DNA of 63,652 bases, counting the filler, from Thraustochytrium aureum (Eukaryota): NCBI GenBank assembly GCA_012862495.1. It is 4 parts of 2 records of this genome, joined end to end, with 100 filler letters (N's around TTAATTAATTAA, not from the genome) between each part and the next. Parts side by side here need not be neighbours in the genome. Positions count along the whole stretch, not along the records: positions 34,651 to 49,736 come from BLSG01000314.1; 3 more parts are not named here. One strand, given 5' to 3'. The notes under the pieces are model-generated. The model ran no database searches. It was not told the DNA's origin and saw only the letters and a list, made by a program, of their open reading frames with translations. Below are positions 35,901 through 46,832 of the stretch, in pieces; position 1 is the stretch's first letter, and the number at the start of each line of letters is the position of its first letter. Made by a program: the position numbers and the translations under genes.

Positions 35901-38900
35901 TCAGCGGCGCCGCTGCGGCCCGCCGCGGCTGCGCGACGGCCGCGGCTTGTACTCGTCTTCTTCCCCGCCGTCCTCGTCGTCATCATCCTCGGAGTCTTCG
36001 TCCTCCGAGTCTTTGGCTCGCTTGGCTCGCTTGCGACTATTGGCAGGGCGGCTCGGCGCGCGAGCGGGCCGTTTCGCGCCGCGCGTGGGGCGCCGTGCTG
36101 CCACTACCTCCTCGTCCTCGTCAGCCTCCTTGCTAAAGTCACTCGCCTCGTCTTCGTCGTCGTCCTCCTCCTCCTCCTCCTCCTCTGTTTCCAGGGCGGC
36201 TGACTCTGCGTAGGAAACATGTCGGTCGCTTCTACGACCTGCTGCTCGCCGGGCTGGAGCACGGTTGGACGGGGCGGAAGCTGCCGCCGAGGCCTTGGAA
36301 CGAGCGCCTCGGCTCACACCACGACGAGGAGCCGCAGCTTGCTTCTTGGTCGCCGCACGCCCGCGAGTGGCGCGTGTTGCCTTCGTGCCGACCATATCGT
36401 CGTTGTCGCCGTCAGAAGCCTCCTCTTCATCCTGGAACTCCTCTTCCTCGTCGGCGTAGGACGGCCGAACGCCGCGAGACGGTCTGGACCCACTCGGCTG
36501 CGCCGCTGGGCGAGACTGCGAAGGCGGCTGCGCGTGAAGGCTCGGCACTTCCCAGTGGTCCTCGCCTAGGCAAGCCTGCGCCAGCTTGGACATCTCTTTG
36601 TCCACCACGGGTTTGAGAGACTTGGCCGCCTTGTACGGCTGCGTGTGGGCCTTGTTGTACGTTACGGCATTTGAGAGGACGAGGAGCAAGTCGACCTGAA
36701 ACAAGCGCAGAGTCTCCGCGATTGCCGCATGCCCGATCGTGCGCCCGTGACCAGAGAGCCCGTACTGGCGATCTCGCAGCTTGTGCTGCATTGTTGCGAG
36801 GTCCATCGGCTGGGCAATCTTCTCTTGGTAGTCGGGGCAGTCGTCTGCGTCGACCGGAGCCGCAAACCAGTTGAACCGATCGGCCTTGCCCACAGCGGCG
36901 ATGGCGCTCTCGAGGCGCCGAACGAGGTCCGTCTGGCGCACTTCACTTATTCGAGGAGAGACGGGCGCGCTCGCTCGCGCCTTCCCCTCGGCTGCGGACG
37001 ACCTGCGCGCCGGCCGCTTGCCCTTTGCCCGCTCCTGCCGTGCGCCTTCCTCATCTTCCTCGTCTTCCTCTTCCTCCTCGCTCTCGTCGTGCTCATCGCC
37101 GTTTTGGGGGTGGGTAGCGCGGCCCTTTCCATTGGAAGCTGATCTGCGCCGCTTGCCGCCGACCTCTGCCGCAGATTGGGCAGAGCTGATGATCTCACTC
37201 ACGGCGGCGTTCACAGCGCTCGACGCAGCCACAATGTCAGAGTCCGGGGCGTTGAAGAGAAGGCAGTTCGAGTGGATAAGGTCCAAGTCCGCCTGGACGG
37301 CCTCGATATGGCGATAAAACCCGTTGTCCAGGCGCTCGAGGACTGTCTTCAGGTCCATCGGCAAAGGGACCGTCTGGAGGTAGCTTGGAAACAGCTCCAC
37401 CGGAACCGGCTCCACGAAGGGGTCTGCGACGCCCGGGTTGGCAGAGATGTACTCGCTCAACCTCCGCGCGAGATCAGAGCCCTCGAGCTCGGTCATCTGG
37501 GTTGGCCCAGTTACTTGCTGCTTCCAATCCGTCGCTCGCGTCCTGCGGAGCTCCCACGGGCTCACGCGGCTCGCATCGCTCCCGTCAAACTCGATCTGGA
37601 CGCACTCCCAGGGCGAGCCGGGCCATTCGGCGTGATCCCCGTCGTTCTCGTGAGGAAATAGAGCAGTCACTTTGGCGTCGTAAAACACCGTCCGGGAGCG
37701 CACCGCGTCCCAGAAGACGGCTTTCACGTAGTCACCTTCTCCCAAGGCCTGCATCACGCCGTGCTCGAAGAGCTCTTGCAGGACGAGAAACTCAGACCCG
37801 TTGTGCGGCCGGAAGGCGACCGAGAAACTCCGCACAGCGTCAGAGCCTGCGCCTCTGGCCCTCTCCTCGATCGGCGGAAGCGGCTCCCAGAGCTCACTCG
37901 GCGACGTGATGGGCGCGGGCAGAACACCAAGCAGCAGCGCGTCGCTCGGGCCGGCGCTTACGGAGAGCTTGCAGTTGGCGACTACGGCGTCCTCGTGGAC
38001 GCCGGCGACCCGAGCGCCAGCGGTTGTGGGAAACTCGTACGAGATCTCCGTAACCGTGCACAGGACAGCAGACCAGCTCCGCTTCCAGCCGCGGCTCTGA
38101 AACGGCGTACTTGAGTTGACCGGATGCTCCATCAGATACGCTTTGTGGCCCTGCGGGCAGTAGACCACCCGGTCGCCCTTCTGCGGCACATACGGCGCGC
38201 CAATAGCCGCTGCTCGCGTCTCACGCAGCCAACGGTAGTCAGCATTGCAAACGACCGTGTCTTCTTCCTCGCGGACAGCCGCGCTGCTGGACGCCCGGCC
38301 GCTTTTGTTCCGCGACCTCTTGTCCCTGGAAGCGGCGGCTTCGGCGCTGCGCTGCCGCCGGGAGTCGATGCTCTTCGACCGCCGCTCGCTCTGCTCGCGA
38401 GCCTGCTCCTCACTTTCGCGCTCCATCCGAAGCGTAAAAGCCTCCTCGTCCTCCTCGTCGTCCATGAGGTCAAAGTCCTCGATGCGGGACGGCCTCTGTT
38501 GCCGCCTCTGGCTCGCTCTCGAGGGCTGTGCCGACTGCTGCGCGGCGCGTCCTCGGCGTGCCGAAGCCCCGCTCCGTCTCGCGCGTTGCCGGCGCCTGCT
38601 CCTGCCCGGGGAAGAGGCGTCGCTGCTGGCGTTACCTTCTTCTACGAGACCGAGGTCGTCCATGTCTTCGTCAGAGTCGGCGCCCGCGCCAAGAGTGCGN
38701 NNNNNNNNNNNNNNNNNNNNNNNNNNNNNNNNNNNNNNNNNNNNNNNNNNNNNNNNNNNNNNNNNNNNNNNNNNNNNNNNNNNNNNNNNNNNNNNNNNNN
38801 NNNNNNNNNNNNNNNNNNNNNNNNNNNNNNNNNNNNNNNNNNNNNNNNGCGAATTGCCTCGGGCTGCGGGCTCGTTTGCTTGCCGGCGCGGAGCTCGCGT

Positions 38901-41320
38901 TGAACGGCCGCGAGTGCCTTCCTCGACGTAGTCTTCCTCGCCTTGCGAGTCCGAGTCGCTGCTCTCGATCGCGGCACCGGCCAGCGTCGCGCGCTCGCAC
39001 GCCAGGAGCGGCTGCGCACCTGCACGGCGGCTCGAATCGCCAGTGCGTGGTGGCGTCCGCCTCGCCCCGAGCTGCCCGAGCCGACCAACTAGGCCCAACA
39101 CGCTTGCGCCCCGGCCCTCCCCTCTTGCCGCCCCCCGAGGACTCCGAATTTGGCCGTCCCGTGGCGACATGAGCGACCCGCTGCGTTTTGCCGCGCCGAG
39201 CTGCTTGGCTTGGGCGAGCTGCGCCCGCTGCTCTTCTTGCTCCCGCTCGTTCGCGGCGTCGATCAGGACCTGGACCGCGCGGAAGCGGCCCTTGAGCTTT
39301 GCCATCGCGGCCGCTTCGTTGCGGCCGAGCACAAGCTCAAACTTGCGCACGGCATCGCGACGCTCCGCGAGGTTGCGCTGCTGGATTGCGAGAGACGCAG
39401 CTCGCGACCCGTACAGCGGCTGCGGGGCGTACTCTACGCCTTGCGAGTCCACGAGCTTGTTTCGCGCAGCGAGGTGCGGCGGCAGCTGCGTCCGAGCGTC
39501 CAGCACGTTGCCGTGGGCGTCGCGTATCAGCTCCGCGTAGTCGTTGGCGAAAAACTGTTCGGGGTAGGCGCCGCTGAGAACGCTCCCGTCCTCCGTGCCG
39601 ATCATGATGAGCCTGCCGCCGGCGTCTGTCGCCACGATCGTCGCCGAACTGCCCGCAGGGGCAAACATGCCGTCGAGCACTGTAAGTGCTCCATACTGCG
39701 ACGCGATCTGCAGTTTGCTGAGCAGCTTGCCAGAGTACACGTCCCAGACGCAGATCTGGCCGTCGTGGCCGCCGGTGAGGAAGAGATGGTTGTCGCTCGG
39801 GTGGGCGCGAAGCAGGAAGGCGGGCTTGCGGTGCGCGCACAAGTTGTGCACAAGGTGTCCCGTGTACGAGTTGAAGATTTTGATGCGCTGGTCGAAAAAT
39901 TCGACCAGGTCTTCGTACTCGGTCTGGTCCCAGTGCCGGCGACGCTTGACAGACTGCGTTGTTATGACAAAGCTGTCGTCCCCGCTCCACGTGCAATTGT
40001 CCAGCGTGGGGATCTTGAAGCTATTCGATGCGGCTGCCCTGCGGGCGATTCCCGGCCCGCCGCCAGCCGCTCCATTCCCCGGTGCGCCTACGCCCGGCCC
40101 TGCGCTTCCGCCCGCAAACCCCGTCGCGGCGTTGGCGCCCCCTGACACGCTCAGAACGCGGTGGTGCGCGCTCGTGAAAAAGTCTGGCTCGTCGTCATTG
40201 TCTTGGTCGCGCTGCGGCCAGCGCCAAATCCGAACTGTCCCATCGCTCGCCGACCCAGTCAGGAGCCTATCGCCCTTGTGCGACCAGAAGGCCATCGTGG
40301 CGGAGCCAAGGTGGCCAGACAGCATCGACACGAGCCGCGCGGCACCATCCACGTATTCGCCCGGACCAGATTGGGCCTCGACGGGGCTCGCTTCGCCCCG
40401 TCCCTAATTTTGAACTTGCGCGACACCGCCCACACACGAATGGCCCCGTCGTCGCACGCCGTCACGATGAGGCCGCCTTGCGGACGCACTGCCATGGTGT
40501 TGACCTCCACGGGCCTGTCGCCAAAGTTGTTGAGGTGCGGCAGAACGATGGGCACGCGCGGGTTCAGGAAAGCGTTGGTGATGCCGGCCTCGGCTAGTGC
40601 CTCTGCACTCACGAGGTTGTCCCCGGACGGTCCTGTGCTGGAGCCGCTCCCACCCTCGACGCCCCCAGTGCCACTGGATCCGCTGGCCGCCGATTCGGGG
40701 CCGCCCTCCGAGGCTGGCGGCCGCCGCCGCGCGCCTTGCACAATTCTCTCGATGGCGTCCTCGTCCTCTTTCACGATTCGCTCGGTGTCCCAGATGCAGC
40801 AGAGGCCGTCGTCGCCGGCTGAAATGATTTGCCCTTCAGCTGGGTCAAACTCCACAACGTTTATACTCTTCGTGTGGGCCTTCAGCACCGCGATGTGGCG
40901 CCCCGTCTTAGCTCCCAGAGGCGCACGGTCTCGTCCACAGAGCAGGACACCATGTACGTGCTCGTCTTGTCGATCGCCAGGTCGCAGATCATCTTTTCGT
41001 GGGCCCGATAAGTCATGCACAGCTCCCCAGTCCGCGCATTCCAGAGTTTCAGGAGCGAGTCGTCAGACCCGGTCACGATCCAACGCCCCGTTCGGTCCAC
41101 GTTGACGCAATACACGAAGGCCTTGTGGCCATAGATCTTCTTCATGACGCGCAGGCGGGCGCACGCTAGTTCGCGCGTTGGTCCCACCAACTTGCGCTCG
41201 ATGCGCCGCCCGAGCTGCGACGTGGCCAGGAGGTCCAGGACGCCTGTCGAGCGCCGCGAGCGATCTACCAAAAAGTCCCGCAGCTCAGAGCGGAGGCGCT
41301 TGATGTCCACCTCAATCGAT
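35901..41320 (-). CDS. BRWD1/BRWD3/PHIP-like WD40 + double bromodomain protein; frameshifts ~40908 and ~40395, 5' end in gap
   Basis: WD40 repeats (GHKAFVYCV..DRTG.WIVTGSDDSLLKLW, GGHDGQICVWD). PEQFFANDYAELIRDAHGNVLD, YVPQKGDRVVY..QGH and RVSPWE. Two bromodomains (PMDLKTV..RL...FYR; CPDYQEKIAQPMDL). Confidence 0.9.
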
Positions 41321-42750
41321 NNNNNNNNNNNNNNNNNNNNNNNNNNNNNNNNNNNNNNNNNNNNNNNNNNNNNNNNNNNNNNNNNNNNNNNNNNNNNNNN
41401 NNNNNNNNNNNNNNNNNNNNNNNNNNNNNNNNNNNNNNNNNNNNNNNNNNNNNNNNNNNNNNNNNNNNNNNNNNNNNNNNNNNNNNNNNNNNNNNNNNNN
41501 NNNNNNNNNNNNNNNNNNNNNNNNNNNNNNNNNNNNNNNNNNNNNNNNNNNNNNNNNNNNNNNNNNNNNNNNNNNNNNNNNNNNNNNNNNNNNNNNNNNN
41601 NNNNNNNNNNNNNNNNNNNNNNNNNNNNNNNNNNNNNNNNNNNNNNNNNNNNNNNNNNNNNNNNNNNNNNNNNNNNNNNNNNNNNNNNNNNNNNNNNNNN
41701 NNNNNNNNNNNNNNNNNNNNNNNNNNNNNNNNNNNNNNNNNNNNNNNNNNNNNNNNNNNNNNNNNNNNNNNNNNNNNNNNNNNNNNNNNNNNNNNNNNNN
41801 NNNNNNNNNNNNNNNNNNNNNNNNNNNNNNNNNNNNNNNNNNNNNNNNNNNNNNNNNNNNNNNNNNNNNNNNNNNNNNNNNNNNNNNNNNNNNNNNNNNN
41901 NNNNNNNNNNNNNNNNNNNNNNNNNNNNNNNNNNNNNNNNNNNNNNNNNNNNNNNNNNNNNNNNNNNNNNNNNNNNNNNNNNNNNNNNNCGCTCCCAGGC
42001 ACGCCTCGCTGCGGACCGACCAGGCAACGAGGGCAGGCCGGCCGGCGCGATGGTGGCCTTCGAGTACATCCCAACGAGTACATGGTCTTGTGCTCGTGCC
42101 CGCATCGGGCCAAGCGGAACGCTGGGAAAGGAGCCATGTGGTCGTCCTGCGTGTTCAGCAGCGACTGGCGCACATTCTCTCCTGCCTGTGAGGCGTTTAG
42201 AGTGCGAGCTCTCACTGAACGCAAGCACGTCGCTCGACGCGCCACTGGCAGGCCGACGGATGAGGACACTTGCATCCGAAACGAGCCGAGAAGACCGGCT
42301 CAGGCAGGCTTTTTTGCTTTTGGTTTGTTGGTGTGACTGTTCAGCTCCAGTCCGAATGTTCTACTTGCAGAGATCTCGCAAGGCAGTCAAGCGGCGAGCA
42401 CCGAGCGATAGCTTCCACGGGACGCGCCGCGATGCAAAGCGTGCCATCAGCAGGACGAGACCTCGAGGCAAGATCTTCTGGGTCTGGTTCAGTCTGCGCA
42501 GCGCCAGCACTTTCGCACCGAACGCAAGCCAGGGCTGCACAGCGCATAATCGAGTTGAGGGGCGCGTAGGCCACTGAATGCGCAGGCCCTCGCTTGGCCT
42601 GCTAGCCGAGGTCGGCGGCTTTGCGGACGGGCGCTTGCTCGACCTGGCAAAGACCAGGCAGACCCGAAACACCACAAGCGGCCGAAACCAGCTCAGCAAG
42701 CGACCAGCCAGATTCCCTCCTCTACATAGCGAATGGGGGTTCAAATCCCG

Positions 42751-44089
42751 ATGAACGCCACCAGCGCTTTGTGGGCAGATGGCCTGCCAAGCGCCGCGGA
42801 AAGGTACTTGCGCTCGACGTCAACGCTCGGAGAAATAGGAGGCGCGCCCTCGCCCGCACTCCTGCTCTGTCTCATGTGTGCCTGGTACGTGGTTACCAAA
42901 GCGCTCAAGGTCGGGCTCGACTTTGCTCTGATGAGCATCTGCGCAAGACTAGCCCNNNNNNNNNNNNNNNNNNNNNNNNNNNNNNNNNNNNNNNNNNNNN
43001 NNNNNNNNNNNNNNNNNNNNNNNNNNNNNNNNNNNNNNNNNNNNNNNNNNNNNNNNNNNNNNNNNNNNNNNNNNNNNNNNNNNNNNNNNNNNNNNNNNNN
43101 NNNNNNNNNNNNNNNNNNNNNNNNNNNNNCGGAGGAGTGGGAGACGATCGTCGAGCATGCCAGCGAAGAGCACATCCGCTCTTTCCTCGCGTTCCGTGGC
43201 TACAGCGCGCACGTGGATCGCGAGCTGGCCAGCCGCGAGGCCGTCAAGTACCGCGCAGAGCTCTTCGACATGAAATGGGTCAGGTACCTGCACGACCGGT
43301 TTGGGCTAGGCAAGCCCGCCGCCTACCCGGGTGCCATGAAGCCGTGGGCCGGCTGGGCTGGCTGGTGGGGCGAGCTCGGGCCCGCGGTGAAAGGCAACTG
43401 GACGGGCCACCTCCTCTACGGCGCGCACCACGCGCTCTGCGGCCTCGTCGCACTGGTCTACCTCCGCACCGGCGACGTGCTGGCGTTCAACGCTGCGCTG
43501 TACCTGGAGCTTTCGTTCAACCTGCTCGATCTCGCGCTCGCGACGCCTGCGATCCTCGGCAAAACGGCAGTGGACCGCACGATTTGGACCGGTTGCAGGC
43601 GCAGCGCTCTTGTCGCTGCCACGCCGGCGGAGGAGATGCGGGGATTCCACAAGATCTTGCTCAATCATCACCTGGCGGCAGCAGGGCTCGAGCTGTTTGC
43701 TCTCTCCATGGTGCGCACCCCTGCGGCGGCGAGGCTGACTTGCCGATTCATGATTGCGATGGTGGGCACAACAGCCACGATGCACACGCTTGCCAACAAC
43801 TCTGACGTGACACCGCTGAAGAACGACCCTCTGTCGTGGTTTGCTTTGCGGCCACAACGCTTGTTTGATTCTCTGGCACCGCTTTTTCGCCTTTGTGCCG
43901 ATGGCCGTGCAGGCGGTCTCGGAGGCGAACGGCGCCGCTGGCCCACTCGGCGGGCTCGTCGTGCTGGGGCTCATGTGCCTCTTTACTGAGATCAACGTTT
44001 CGTTCGTGCGCTTGTACCTTAGCAAAATCAAGCTCGCCTGGGCCCGATTGCGGGACTCGCGCCGCGAGGCCTCCGGCAAGGCGGCCTGA
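42751..44089 (+). CDS. Multi-pass membrane protein, TLC (TRAM/LAG1/CLN8)-like; gap and frameshift ~43850
   Basis: Paired-His motifs GAHHALCG and LLNHHLAA within hydrophobic helices. Continues in the 43841..44089 frame. Confidence 0.55.
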
Positions 44090-44258
44090 GGCAGGCGCGG
44101 GCGGCAGCGCGCCGAGCGTTGCGAAGAGAAGCACGGTTGCATAACCCCTTTTTTTAAACACCGAGGTTGCTCCGCCCTTTTCAATGAACCACCGAGGTTG
44201 CACGTCGTGGCCCCTTTGGCAGCCGGGGGCCAGGCCGCCTGGGACGTTCGCTCGGCGG

Positions 44259-45138
44259 CTACTTCTGGGCCTTGTTCGTGCTCGCGAGCGCCCGCAGCTG
44301 CTCGTAGAGCACAAAGAAGGTGGAGCACCAGATCACTTTGCGGACGCAAATGGGCACGAACCCCTTGTAGAGCGCGCCAGGGCCCTCTTCGGCGGTGATG
44401 CGGCGCAGCGCGTCGCCGATGCCGCGATAGTGGTCGCCGCCGACCTGGCCCGCCGCGTTCATGAGGCGCGTCTTGATGACGTCCGCGGGGGTCGACACGA
44501 GCGCCGAGCAGACCCCGCTCAGCGAACTCGCGCCAAGGTGCGCCACCGCGTTGTCGCCGACGAACGGGACAAGCGAGGTCTTGGCCTGGTCGTAGGTGCC
44601 TAGCTCGACGGCATTGACCAAAAAGGTGCGCATAACGTTTGGCTTGAGCCCCGCCCAAAATCCAAGCACGCCGTCCTTGTTGAGCACCTGAAAGAAGACT
44701 TGGCGCATGCCCACCTTGGCTTGCGAAGCTTGCATTCGCGTCTTGAGGACCTCGGTCCAGTTGAAAACCGCGATGCTGACGCCCCCGGCGGTGCCGCCTG
44801 CGATGAGTCGCTGCGAGTAGCTCGCGGTCCCGTCGCCCCCCGAGGCCGCCTGTCGCGCCCACCACTGCGTCGCGGATCGGCTCGTACAGCACGAGCGACG
44901 CAGACGAGTAGCAGCACTGCCGCAGCAGCGAGGGCGGCAGGCCTTTCCAGAGCGCGCTCCGGCCCTCCTGCGCGTGAATCTGCTTCAAGCAGTCCACCAT
45001 GCCGCTGTACTTGAGCTTGCCGGCCTCGGCGTGCTGCACTTGCAGCCTCACCTTGGCCACGTCGATCGGCAGCGTGACCAGCTCGGACACGCCGGACGCG
45101 ACCAGCGAGGCCCCAAACCTCGACGAGTGGTCCCCCAT
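44259..45138 (-). CDS. Mitochondrial carrier (SLC25), uncoupling protein / dicarboxylate carrier-like; frameshift ~44838
   Basis: PIDVAKVRLQ, YSGMVDC..QI...EG..ALWKGL.P.LLRQ, NAVELGTYDQAK, PADVIKTRLMN, ALYKGFVP. Confidence 0.9.
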
Positions 45139-45583
45139 CGCGCCGCCGCTACCGCCCGTCACAGCGACGTCTGGCTCTCCGCGTCGGCCCGTCCGCGTCT
45201 GGCCGAGCGTGTCTCAGCCGGCGGGCGTGCCAAGCCCGCCACCAACCCGCCCTTTACCGCGTGGGTGGGTGGGTGGGTGGGTGGGTCCGCAGCCCGAGTG
45301 CGCACACCGCACGCAGCGTGGCGCTCCTGCTCCCGCTCGCCCGCCACACGCGCGGCGCGTGGAGAGGCGCGCGTCGCGGCCGAAGGGCAAGCAGGCTTGA
45401 GCGCGCCCTCGCTGGAGGCTGGCACAAGGCGCGAGCGGCGCTCGACAACTATCAAAACGCTCCATCATTGTCTCGCTCGCCCGCCATGCGCGAATCTCCT
45501 CGAGGAACTATCGGGGCAGCGCTGCCTCTGTCGAGATCCCTAAGGATTTTCATGAGGATACTTCGACAGAAGAAAGACTCTGG

Positions 45584-45646
45584 GGTGGAATGACCGTGAG
45601 GAAACATCGAGGGTGTGGTGGAATGGCCGAGAGGAAACGTCGAGGG
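45584..45646. repeat. 30-bp direct repeat (period 33) in a divergent promoter region
   Basis: ggtggaatgaccgtgaggaaacatcgaggg / ggtggaatggccgagaggaaacgtcgaggg. Confidence 0.8.
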
Positions 45647-45990
45647 ACCCAGCGAGTTCGTGAGGGTAGACCGAGGCTACACATGCACGGTGAGCAGTTC
45701 CGCTTGTGCGAGAGAGATGTGCGTTGGACGCGTGTTCCGATGAACCGGGCGCGCTGCGAAGGGTGTGCATTCTGTGTGAGCGTTTTTCGAGGGTAGAAGG
45801 AGATGAGCGACGGCCTGTGAGCTGCGGCTGCAGCAGCAGGCAGAGCAGCAGCGACAGGCGGGCAGCAAGGCAGCAGGCAGGCAGGCAGGCAGGGCAGGCG
45901 GGCAGGCAGGCGGGCAGGCAGGCAGGCGGTTGGGCAGGCAAGGCGCGGTTGAGGACGGGGGGGGCTGTAGGGTCGGTCGCGGGGCCCGCG

Positions 45991-46563
45991 ATGGTGCTGC
46001 AGTTGGTGACCAAGTGGGCGGGGCAGGCCATGCTGGAGGCCGGCCAGGACCTCCAGCGCGTCGGCCTGCGCTTGATGGGGAACCTGGTGGTGGACCCGGA
46101 GCCGTTCAAGTGGATTGGGCTGGTCAAGCCCAAGGTGATGCAGGGCGCTCACGTTGACACGACAGCCTGCCTGCTTGGCGACAAGGTTTTCGTCTCGCCA
46201 AAGGCCGTCCTCGGTAAGAACGTAGTGGTGCGCGGGGAGCACTTTCCAGTCAACATTGGGCTCAGCGTGGTGGTGGGGGCCAACTCGGTTCTCATGTCTG
46301 GGCGCAAGTCAGTCAACGGCCTCCCTCCTTCTCTCGAGGTGGGCGAGGAAAGTGAAATCGGCGAGAACTGCGTGATTGAGACGAGCATGATTGGCAACGC
46401 ATCGGTCATTGGAGACAACTGCGTCGTCTCTGCGGGCTGCATCATCGAGCCTGGGGCCGTCCTGGAGCCCGGCACCGTGGTTCCTCCGCTGCACCGAATC
46501 CCCGGCAAGCAAATCTGGGGAGGCAACCCGGCCAAGTTTGTCGCCAAAGTTTCGGCCCATTGA
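45991..46563 (+). CDS. Gamma carbonic anhydrase-like protein (probable mitochondrial complex I subunit)
   Basis: N-terminal GQAMLEAGQDLQRVGLRLMG, like plant and protist gamma-CA. Hexapeptide repeats. Terminal IWGGNPAKFV. Confidence 0.8.
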   Translation: MVLQLVTKWAGQAMLEAGQDLQRVGLRLMGNLVVDPEPFKWIGLVKPKVMQGAHVDTTACLLGDKVFVSPKAVLGKNVVVRGEHFPVNIGLSVVVGANSVLMSGRKSVNGLPPSLEVGEESEIGENCVIETSMIGNASVIGDNCVVSAGCIIEPGAVLEPGTVVPPLHRIPGKQIWGGNPAKFVAKVSAH

Positions 46564-46832
46564 TGACCAGGAAGGAGGCTGCGGCTTGCGAGGGGCGCGA
46601 CGGAAGAGCACAGACTTGGCAAGCTCAAGGCGGTCCGCGATACTTTGCGAGCACGTCGCCGCTGCGCTGGTGTTTTTTTGCTATCCTCGCGCGCGCAGGG
46701 GTGCACCTGCGCGCTGCGAGCATTGCAGCTGATTCGCACTCATTGCGGCTGTATCTTCTCCTTCTCCTTCTCCTTCTTTTTCTTTTCTAATCAGGCAAAC
46801 AACATGGGGCGCTCTTCTCTTCAACCTTGTTG

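Noticed and set aside
41990..42700. BRWD N-terminal exon or a separate small gene
   Set aside because: No frame resembles the conserved BRWD N-terminus, which probably lies in the gap. I cannot support a CDS here.
43306..45162. 618-aa single ORF for the mitochondrial carrier
   Set aside because: Only the first ~100 aa are carrier-like. The rest is out-of-frame read-through after the ~44838 shift.
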